Part shown: positions 15,006-30,668 of the stretch, piece by piece
Position numbering within the stretch: the first letter of the stretch is position 1
How the letters are laid out: the number at the start of each line of letters is the position of its first letter
NCBI GenBank assembly: GCA_964016885.1
Contig: OZ024751.1
Coordinates: 50,592,001-50,656,000 of the forward strand
Length of the DNA stretch: 64,000 nt
Reading direction: 5' to 3'
Source of the DNA: Eledone cirrhosa
Taxonomy: Eukaryota
Notes under the pieces: model-generated
What the model was told of the DNA's origin: nothing
Databases searched by the model: none
The model's input: only the letters and a program-made list of their open reading frames with translations
Position numbers and translations under genes: made by a program

Positions 15006-15575
15006 ACACTGGAAGTACCTGATCTAGAGGTCTCCCCACAGATGTATAGGGTGATACACTGGAAGTACCTAATCTAGAGGGTTCACACAGATAGTATAGG
15101 GTGATACACTGGAAGTACCTAATCTAGAGGGTTCACACAGATAGTATAGGGTGATACACTGGAAGTACCTAATCTAGAGGTCTCCACACATATAGTATAG
15201 GGTGATACACTGGGAGTACCTAATCTAGAGGTCTCCACACAGATAGTATAGGGTGATACACTGGAAGTACCTAATCTAGAGGTCTCCACACATATAGTAT
15301 AGGGTGATACACTGGGAGTACCTAATCTAGAGGTCTCCACACAGATAGTATAGGGTGATACACTGGAAGTACCTAATCTAGAGGTCTCCCCACAGATGTA
15401 TAGGGTGATACACTGGAAGTACCTAATCTAGAGGTCTCCCCACAGATAGTATAGGATGGTAAACTAGAAGTACCTAATCTAGAGGTCTCCACACAGATGT
15501 ATAGGGTGATACACTGGAAGTACCTAATCTAAAGAATTCACACAGAAAGTATAGGGTGGTAAACTAGAAGTACCT
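15006..15575. repeat. ~51-bp minisatellite (acactggaagtacctaatctagaggtctccacacagatagtatagggtgat), ~11 units
   Basis: Directly visible; 17-aa periodicity in the spurious ORF. Confidence 0.95.
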
Positions 15576-16310
15576 ACTTTATTCTAATTGAGTGCTTCCT
15601 CTCGTAGTCTAAGACCACTAATTCAGAACCATATGTGAGTGTGTGTGTATCTCTTACTACTGTGTATGTGTGTGTATCCCTTACTACTGTGTATGTGTAT
15701 ATAATGTATGTGAGTGTGTGTGTATCCTTTACTACTGTGTATGTGTATATAATGTATGTGACTGTGTGTGTATCCCTTACTACTATGTATGCCAGTACCA
15801 TACAATTAGCAATAATTCCTAAATATTACCTATATCTCCGATGTGAACAGCCACCATTCTGCTATAATATGTTTACTGAGTAGAACAAATGATACTTCTA
15901 CTGATGATAGAGATCACACTGTGTTACTGTCAGTTATCCCCATAATTCATTCTATCTCTGCCAGTATCTCCTCCCTAATTTGTACAGTTGCTGTTGTCAG
16001 TATTTCCTACATTAACACTTAGTGTCCTGTACCACATGAAACCACATTAGCAAGACATTATTGGAAAGCACAAAACAGCAGTATGGCTGCATCACATTAC
16101 AAATTAAAGTCTTTATTTTAACACTGCAAATTTTTACTATGATCTGTCCACTAGTAAAAATACTATGAACATTTGAATTACCAAACCCGTTTTGCTTTTT
16201 TTTTAAAGATATTTTCTGCTAAATCATTACAGGATGTTAAAAGTTAATACATACGTCTACAGTGACAATTATTCTGCTGTCATGTGTGTCATTATTATTT
16301 AGAGCTGCTG

Positions 16311-16489
16311 GATTGGCAGTATCGGTAGAGGGTCGGACGCCATGCTTTGACGTATAGAGTTATGGCCCTTGCCATTCTGAGTTCAAATCCTGCCGAGGTT
16401 AACTTTGCCTTTCATCCTTACGGGGTTGATAAAATAAAGTACCAGTAATGCACTGAGTAATTGCTGGCCTTGTGCCAAAAGTAGAAACA
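16311..16489 (+). mobile_element. SINE type C with 20-bp flanking direct repeat; further degenerate copies near 9196, 10395, 11040, 25680, 26480, 31655, 34540, 36670
   Basis: attattatttagagctgctg at 16291-16310 and 16490-16509 flanks the element. Confidence 0.88.
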
Positions 16490-16532
16490 ATTATTATTTA
16501 GAGCTGCTGTTGTCAGTATATCTCCTCCCTAG

Positions 16533-16760
<228 letters not shown>

Positions 16761-17567
16761 TGAAGCTAATATATATAAAAGCCTTATATATAAAACTATC
16801 TACACCTTTTCCATAATAGTAGCAACAACAACAACAGAGATACATGTATGAGCTGATGTATAAGACACACTGACAAGTCATGCTGACGTATAAGATACAC
16901 AGGCAATTAACTTTTCTCTTTATTTCAGCAGGAAATAGTTTTTTTTTATGGGTTAATTACGGTCAAACAGTTAATGTTGCTAAAACATGTCACTTAATTT
17001 CACATAAAATATCTGGATTTTATATGCCATCAAGTAATTTATAAATTATATAATATTTATAGCAGACATGTTGCATGTGTCTTGTCACGTGTATTTTTAC
17101 TTCATCTCTCTCTCTCTCTCTATCTCTCGCTCGCGCTCTCTCTCTCATACACCCACACATGTATAGGTAATTCTGAAATCTTCAAGGGGAGATGATTCTA
17201 ACTTGTACTAAGAGAGATAACTCCGACCGATCAAGTTTTCATTCGTAAATTCGTGTTGTTATCGTTTGTCTCTGTATACAAATACCAGCGGAGCCTGTAT
17301 TAAAGATCAGCATGGCATGTTAAATGTTTTATATACACTATACACAAATAATATCATCGCATGGGATATTAAAAAGAAATTGGCACACACATTCTTACCA
17401 TCCCCTCCCCCTCTCTCTCTCTATCTCTCTCTTTCTCACACATAAACACACACTCTTACAGCCTCCCTCTCTCTCCCTTACTGTCAATCAATGATACACC
17501 CATCCCCTGTCTTGTGCCCCCCCCCCTCAGTACTGCTGTAATCCCATTCATGTTCAGGTACTGATTC

Positions 17568-18030
17568 TTGCTATACTATACTACCAGTATACTATATTAC
17601 CACTCTACTACACTATATTACTATACTATACTACTACATAATACTATTCTACTATACTATTTTATTATACTACTACACATTATATTTTATTATACTCTAC
17701 ACAATACTACTCTACTATACTACACTATACTATTACTCTATTATACTATACTCTACTGCACTACTATACTATTACTCTATTACACTACTATGCTATACTA
17801 CACTATACTACTATATTACTCTACTACACTTTACTTTTACTCTATTACACTATTATACTATACTATTACTCTATTACACTACTATGCTATACTACACTAT
17901 ACTACTATATTACTCTACTACACTATACTATTACTCTACTATACTACACTATACTTTTACTCTATTACACTACTATACTATACTATACTACACTATACTA
18001 CTATATTACTCTACTACTATACTATTATTA
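17568..18030. repeat. TAC/TAT-rich low-complexity repeat abutting the last kinase exon
   Basis: ctatactac/tattactct units; almost no G. Confidence 0.9.
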
Positions 18031-18044
18031 TTTCTCTATTTCAG

Positions 18045-18187
18045 CCTCGCCGCCTCAGCAACAGTCGACAGCCACAGACATGGACAAAGAATCCAAACAC
18101 AAGGACTGGGTGTTTATTAATTACACTTATAAACGATTCGAGGGACTTACACAAAGGGGATCTCGACCATCGGCGCCCAAAAGCTAG
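18045..18187 (+). CDS. STK38: NDR kinase last coding exon: PSPPQQQSTATDMDKESKHKDWVFINYTYKRFEGLTQRGSRPSAPKS*
   Basis: tttcag acceptor, phase 1; hydrophobic motif FINYTY; TAG at 18185-18187. The 11 exons sum to 1221 nt, in frame. Confidence 0.94.
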
Positions 18188-18514
18188 AAATTATTGAAAT
18201 TATGTTTAAAACAAATAAAATTACAAAACAAAATTGTAAAAAAAAAGAACAAAAAACATGAAAAAAAAGCATCAACAAAAACAAGTAATTAAATAAATAA
18301 AAAACAAAAAATTACAATAAAAAATTATAACAGGTAAATATGTAAGTATAACACATATGTAGGTGTGTGTGTTTATATGTATATGGGTGTAGGTGTGTGT
18401 GTGTGTGTGTGTGTGTATTTAATTACACTATATAAATCACAACAGGTAATATATAAACACATATATATGTGGGTATATATGTATATAGGTGTAGGTGTGT
18501 GTATGCATATAATG

Positions 18515-18549
<35 letters not shown>

Positions 18550-18877
18550 GTGTGTGTGTATGTAAGAATATATATATATATATATATATATACATATGTA
18601 TATATATATTGGTGTGTATATATATATATATATTATGCATGTGTAATATAGAGGTATATACACTCCTTTAAGTAGATACAAATATATACGTATATACACA
18701 CTCTTCACATCCACAGACACTTACGCAGATCACCCTCAACCCACCCCCCACACACATTCATACATAAACGTTTATAATACAAAAATTATAGTAAAAAAAA
18801 TGTTAAAACGTCTGACAACCCTCTCCTGACACACACATATATATATATATATATATACACACACATACATACATACC

Positions 18878-19013
<136 letters not shown>

Positions 19014-19046
19014 CATACATATATATATATATACATACATACATGC

Positions 19047-19077
<31 letters not shown>

Positions 19078-19933
19078 CATACATATATATATTTGCGTGT
19101 TTTTGTGTATATAGATAGACCATCAGAGCATTGAGTGGATTGAAAATCTTAGAAAATGTAGAAAATCCAAACATGAAAATAATAGCTTTGAAATTTGAGT
19201 GGTACAGAGTCTGATCTCTTTTGCAGCTCCTGTCCACTTTTTTTCCGTCTATATGGGTATTTTACCTGGTTTTCTAAAGCTATTATTGATAAAATGTGGC
19301 TGTTTTTACAGTCTTTTACTGTGTTTGAGATTTTCTATATTTTCTAAGAAAATATCTGTATTTATATATATATGTATATATTTATTATATATGTCTATGT
19401 ATATATCTGTCTATTATATATATGTGTATATATAATATATATACACACACACACACACACATATACATAGGCATATGTAGATATGCAACTATATATATAT
19501 ATATATATGTGCATACATACATACACACACACATAGAATTCACTTCTTGACACAACATAGACAATTAAATATATAAATAAATAATGAAGAAAAATGCATA
19601 AATTAAACAAAAGGAACAGAAAATATAATTTTAAAAAATGTGGATTAAAATTATATAAAATATAAATATATTATATATTAAAATAAAAAATTAAAGAATT
19701 TAAAATGTGATTTAAGCTATCCAGAAGAAAAATAGAAGACTGGCAAACAGCTACAACAACAATATATAATATGTTATGTTATAATTTTTGTTTTTTTTAA
19801 ATTTTTTATTTGCTGTACTCTCTTAGTTTTGTCTGGTTTCTCTGAAGAAAAGGGGGACAGAAAAAGAAAGGATGATAATGAAAAAACAGTGAGGGTAGGG
19901 TGAAGCAACCCCAATAATAAGATGAACATTGAG

Positions 19934-19972
<39 letters not shown>

Positions 19973-20083
19973 AAATAGAAGTTTTCACCTGTCAGGCTAA
20001 AATTTCTTTAGTAAAAAAAATACACCAGAATCTTCTACTTCGAATTTCAAACTCGCTCGCTGTTTCAAAACATACTTACTTGT

Positions 20084-20159
<76 letters not shown>

Positions 20160-20410
20160 TACATACATATATATATATATACACACACATACATACATAC
20201 ATACATATATATACACACACACACACATATATATATATACACACACATACATACATATATATACACACACATACATACATATATATACACACACACACAT
20301 ACATACATATATATATATATATACACACACATACATACATACATACATATATATACACACACACACATATATATATACACATACATACATATATATACAC
20401 ACACATACAT

Positions 20411-20451
<41 letters not shown>

Positions 20452-20817
20452 TATATATATGCACACACATACATACATATATATACGCACACACACACGC
20501 ACACACACACACATATATATACATTCATATATATATATGTATATATGTATCAATGTTCAAGTTGTTGTTGCTCCCCCCTTCACTTTGTTAGTGTGTGTAT
20601 GTATGTGTATATAATTTGCTTCACTCAGTTTTGTCTGGTTGTCCCTCAGGAAAAGGAAGACGTGAAAGAAAGATGGCTAAATGGTTAGAAAGGGGAGCGA
20701 CCGCAACAGAAAATATAAGTATGTATGTGTGGGAATATATATTTATATGCATACATATATATGTGTGTGCTTACAAACAAAAGAAAAGAGCAATTAACAC
20801 CTAATGTGGAAGTTCAG

Positions 20818-24650
<3,833 letters not shown>

Positions 24651-25136
24651 TTAACAGTTTAACTTACCAAATTGTTTTATAGACATAAACACTTTCATCT
24701 ACTTCAGATTTGAAGGAGTTGCACCTATTTATATCTATGAAACTGCTTATAATCTATAAATTGAGATGAAGAACAAAGAAAGAATGAAAAGAAAATAGAC
24801 GGTGTGCAACAACAAAAATGTTATTGTTTTTTTTTTATTTATTTATTTATTTATTTATTAATTTTGAAAGTCCCCCAATAATTCAGAGAAAGTTTTTTTT
24901 TTTATTATTAGTATTTCTTGTGGAAACAAAAAAATAATGAGAATAAATATATAGATGAAATAGATAAGAATTGGTAGGAGTCTGAGGCAGGGGAAAGGGG
25001 TGAGGTGATATATGTTGGTGGTGGTAGTGGTGGTGGTGGTGTGCAGAGGAGGGTCTGCTAATTATTTGTACTTTTAATTAGTTTGGCTTCTCTTCCGTCT
25101 CGATTTTTGTCTCTTAACTGGTTACATGTATGCATA

Positions 25137-25186
<50 letters not shown>

Positions 25187-26359
25187 TGACCAACATGCAG
25201 ATACAAAAACAATTAGTGTTATTAGGTTCACGCTTTAGATGAAAGTTCAACGTATCGGACATTATTCCTTCATCAGGAGAGTACAAAATATATATATATA
25301 TATAGGAAAAGAGTCTGGACCCTGACGGCTGGGCGCCGGCCGTTTCGATCTAGCTGTCGAAACGGCCAGAGCTCAGCCATCGGGCACCTGACTCTTTTCC
25401 TATTGCCCACTCTACTACCCTAAGTATCGAGTACTCTGGTGTGTTATGGCCCACCTGGTATCTTACCACACCTTTGTTTTATATATATATACACACACAT
25501 ACACACATAGAATAGTAAATACATACATATATCTCTACTTCTAGGACAAAAAGCAGACACCTTTTCAAAGTGTCAATGCCACCACATTACTGTATGACAG
25601 TCTGATAGCTAGATACTGCCACCATCATTATTATCACCCTCATCCTTACTTTTATTTTGTATCATCATTATTGTTAAAGGTAATAGATTGGCAGAGTTTT
25701 TAGTGTGTTGTATGGAATGTATTTCAGTATTTCGCCACGGCCCTTTACATTCTAGTTTGAAATCACACTAAAGTCACTTTTGCCTTTCATCATTTTGATG
25801 TTAACAAAATAAAAGTATCATTAATGGTCAGGTTTGGTATAATTGACTTTCCCCTTCCTCAAAAAATTGTTGGCCTTGTTCCTAAATTAGAAATCATCAT
25901 CATCATCATCATTTTTTTTTTATATATATATATATTTTAGGTGTTTTTATTTTATAAGGACTGAACTGTTTGTTTTGGGGTGTTTTTCTGCTATTAAAAT
26001 ATTAGTAATAACCTTTTAAATTCTACCACAAGCATTTTAAGGCCATCCAAACCCAATGACAAGCTTCAGGTATGTCAAGGCCTTCTTTTTAAGGCAATGT
26101 TTTCAAACTCAATGCCCATCCTAACACCAATCTTTTTAGTTGCCCCTTATAATATGCAGGGATATGCTGCACCTATTTTAATGTCTTTTCTCAGTCTTTT
26201 TATTTTTTAACTGCAGATATGCCTCACAGGATTGTAAACAAAAAGGGTTTCATTTATTTTAAACTTTAAATATTTCTGTTGGAATCTAAACGAAGACATG
26301 TGAATCTTATTTTAAAGAAACCAATGTTTTTATATATTGTGGATGGCTGTTTCATTGTT

Positions 26360-26404
<45 letters not shown>

Positions 26405-26410
26405 ATTATT

Positions 26411-26456
<46 letters not shown>

Positions 26457-26760
26457 ATTATTATTATTGGTTGTCCTTGAAGGTGATGGGTTGGCAAGAG
26501 TCGTTAGTGTTTTGGATGAAATGCCATTGCAATATTTTGTGTTCAGATCCTGCCAAGGTCAACTTTGCCTTTCATCCTTCTGAGATTGATAAAATAAAAT
26601 ACCAGTAAAGTACTAGAGTTGGTTGGATTTAATAACTTTCTCACTCCCTACAAATTGCTGGCCTTGTGCCAAAATTACAAATAATTATGGATTGTTCTTA
26701 CAACTCTGAGCTTTCTGGGAGATTTCTGTAAGCTATGTAGTTTAACATATTATTAATTAT

Positions 26761-27260
26761 TGAGTTCAAATCCCACCAAGGTTAACTTTGGCTTTCATCC
26801 CTGTAGAGTCGATAAAATAAAGTACCAGTAATGCACTGGGTCGATTTAATCGACTTTCCCCTTCGCTTCAAATTGCTGGCCTTGTGCCTATAGTAGAAAC
26901 AATTATTGAGTTCAAATCCTGCCGAGGTTAGCTTTGCCTTTCATCCCTGTAGAGTTGATAAAATAAAGTACCAGTAATGCACTGGAGTCGATTTAATCGA
27001 CTTTTCTCTCCCCTTCAAATTGCTGGCCTTGTGCCTATAGTAAAAATCATTATTATGACAATTCACCGCAAGGTCGGTGAATTGGCAGTATCGGTAAAGT
27101 GTCGGACGCCATGCTTTCTAGCATAGTTACGTCCCTTTACAGTCTGAGTTCAAATCCCGCCGAGGTTAACTTTGCCTTTCATCCTTACGGGGTCGATAAA
27201 ATAAAGTACCAGTAATGCACTGGGTAATTGCTGGCCTTGTGCCTAAAGTAGAAACAATTA
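26761..27260 (+). mobile_element. Head-to-tail cluster of three SINE type C units
   Basis: Units start ~26761 and ~26907 (both at tgagttcaaatcc) and ~27071 (near full length). Confidence 0.85.
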
Positions 27261-28080
27261 TGACTTTTTTAATGCTAAAATGGCTGAAACTGCCCTGGTT
27301 CTGTGGTACAAGGCTGTTTATTTTAAAGTGTTTATATATATATATCTAAGAACCTTCCATCATGTAAGAACTTTTGTTATATTCCACTAAACATCAGCTC
27401 AGGTAAATAATGAAAAAGTTATAATTTATTTTATTAAAGTTATGAATCTATAATAGTTACTCAAGGGACATAAGTCTGAAAAGTACATGAAGCAAGAAAC
27501 TCTCGGCTCTTGAGTCGCTGTTATAGATTTACATCTATAATAAATTATAACTTTCTCACTCTATCCAGTTATTCAGTTGTTTTTTTTCTCTCTCTCATTT
27601 GCACAGCCAATCTTAATGAGACAGTTATATACTAAATCCCTCCAGATTCTTGATTATTTTCAAAATTACTTGAAATTCGTAGGTAGAGTCTTTCATTAGA
27701 AATATAACAAAAGAGTTAAACTGTTTCTATTCATCTAAAAACTTCCTATCATAATTTAATGTAAAATAACATTAGTTCCAAATACCAAATAAATAATAAA
27801 AAAGTTAGTTATATTACCAAATCCCTCCAAATTCTTGGTTATTTTCAAAATTATTTGAAAACGATAGGCAGTGTCTTACATTAGAAATACAGTAACAAAA
27901 ATAGCTTATGGGTTATAGAATCAGTAGAGCACTAACCAACACACTTTGCAATATCTAAATCCAACTCCCATTTTAAGTTCTGCATTATATTCCTGGGCGT
28001 GGATAGCTTTAACTTTGCCTTCATTAATCCAGTTGAGGTTTAATAGACTAAATACCAGTTATATACTATGATCACCTTAA

Positions 28081-28279
28081 TCCACTAATCTCCATATTTT
28101 CTCTCAAATTTTACGGCTTTCTGTCCCTGTTAGAAATCAGGGTTTATCTTTAGTAGTTTTCTGGGGGGTTTATTTAATTTCCACTAATCTCCATATTTTC
28201 TCTCAAATTTTACGGCTTTCTGTCCCTGTTAGAAATCAGGGTTTATCTTTAGTAGTTTTCTGGGGGGTTTATTTAATTT
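28081..28279. repeat. Perfect 99-bp tandem duplication
   Basis: tccactaatctccatattttc...gggggtttatttaattt at 28081 and 28180. Confidence 0.92.
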
Positions 28280-28374
28280 ATTTTTTAAATTTCACCTGCC
28301 AACTGGTATATGATTTCATTTCCACTTTTTTTTTCTTCTTCTTTTCACCATTCCTACTTCTGCTAATCCATAGT

Positions 28375-28424
28375 TCTCTCTCTTTCTCTCTCTTTCTCTC
28401 TCTTTCTCTCTCTTTCTCTCTCTT

Positions 28425-28502
<78 letters not shown>
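28375..28502. repeat. (CT)n microsatellite
   Basis: Directly visible. Confidence 0.95.
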
Positions 28503-28505
<3 letters not shown>

Positions 28506-28951
28506 GTATGAGAGAAGTCAGCAAATGAATTTTTTTTAAATATGAAAAAATAATATTTCAAAATACAAGAGGAATTAATCATACACACACACACACACAA
28601 ACTCTATATATACCCACACACACGCGCGCGCACACACATACGGAGAAACACATACATTAACAAATAGAAATCAATAAATCAGTTTTTTGATGACAAAGAT
28701 AATTTGAATTTTGGTATAAAACCTGGTTTGGCTTGTCAGCTTTTTTGGGTTCTTTCTTTTTGTTGTTATTATTATTATTATTATTAAATTATATTTTAAT
28801 TCCATTTTTAACACTAACACAATCTCACTCACTCACCAAGCAACATAATAATAAAATAATAGAATAATATGGTATAAAAATATAATAAAATAAATGATAA
28901 TAATAATTAATCGATATTATTAATGTGTGATTGATTGATTATTTTTATTGT

Positions 28952-28994
<43 letters not shown>

Positions 28995-29041
28995 TTCCAG
29001 AAAAGAGAAAAGTCTTATTTGTAGATTTGTGTATTTTATAT

Positions 29042-29084
<43 letters not shown>

Positions 29085-29872
29085 CATTCTAGTGTGGAAG
29101 ATAGACGTTAAACGATGATGATGTTAAATAAATATATATATATATATATATATATCTTCAAAATAGGGGGCACACAGGACAAAGACAAGGGAAAAAAAAA
29201 CAACAGAAAGACAGACAATCCCATCAACTCAATCAAACTCTGGAAATCACTACAGTTTCGGTCAATTAAGGTCAATACCGTTCATTCCATTGCACATTGG
29301 GACATTACAAAACAGGTAGAGACAAGTTATGCCTTTAGGTAAATTACACAGGCATGCACACATATATAGATGTGGTTGGTGTTAGGAAGGGCATCCAGCC
29401 TTAGAAAACCTGCCAGAAACAGTTCTGTACGAGCGAGACACAATCACCTGACCAATCTTGCCTCAAGTGGGATAAATCTGTCCAACCCATACTAGTGTGG
29501 AAGATGGACGTTAAACAATGATGATGATGATGATGATGATAAGAATTTGATATATTATTCAATATACAACCCTAGTCACGTATCAATCATGCTATCTCAG
29601 AGTATTACTACCACTCGTTAAATAGAGCCTGACAGCATTTGCTCTGTATGCAAATGATCTTAATCAGTCAATATTCATAAGCATAAATACTATAAGATGT
29701 TAGCTTATTTTTGTGTTAGCCCCTCTGAAGATGGTTAATGAAACCACAAAGCCGTTAGGGTGCTCTTCCTTGGTTGCTAAAGACCAATAATGAATTTCAC
29801 CACTTCTAAAATTCATAGCAAGACAAAAAATGTTTATTTATATGAACATTTCGTATATACAACCCCAGCCAC

Positions 29873-29903
<31 letters not shown>

Positions 29904-30019
29904 GAGAGAGAGAGAGTCTGCGGTGATGAGACAAGGGAGACCACTAATCATGGGAGTACTCAATGCATGGGGAGATGCAGAGTGGGTATGTGTATATATA
30001 TATATATATATGTATAAAT

Positions 30020-30668
30020 GAAAGTGCAGAGTTTAGCCGCTGGCAACCTGACTATGCAACATATTGTCTTCATGGCTGACAAGCAACAGTTTTATGGGGA
30101 ACATACTTAGAAAACAGAGTAAGCCAAATAAAAGGTTCAAGGATGCATTGAAGGAGAACTTGAAAAATGTAGGAATTGACCCAAGAAGCCTGGAAAGTCT
30201 CAGTGGGCTGCTCTACCAACTGTTAAAAAATATGGGATGGTGTGAAAACCTTTGAGTAAAACAAGCTAATGCAAATAAATATTAAGAAGAATAGACAGTA
30301 AAAACTCCCACTAAGGGAATATGAAATTAATAGAACTTTTACTACTTGTACAGTTTGTGACAGAAAACCCTGTCAGAGGCTGGACTTCAAGCTCACATAA
30401 GAGCACACAATATTACACTCCCTTCTACTGACTATAGAATATACAAACCAGTACACTATTATCAATGTCACATATACCACAAGATCTGCAAATCTTAAGG
30501 AGGTCTAAGGAGACATTTCAAGGTTCATCAAGATCCACAGGTAGTCCAAGCTGCCAAAACTAATATGCAAATTATGTGGCTGGCTTTTTAAAAGCCACAT
30601 AATGTCTCATGCCAGAACTGCAATATATACACTGGAGTGGTTAAGCTTTGTATTGAGCAGACAACTAG
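30020..30668 (+). mobile_element. Decayed RTE/BovB-like LINE 3' end with C2H2 zinc-finger remnants
   Basis: KPNKRFKDALKENLK..GIDP..E, then frameshifted CTVCDRK..AGLQAHIRAH and ICKS*GGLRRHFKVH. Confidence 0.65.
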
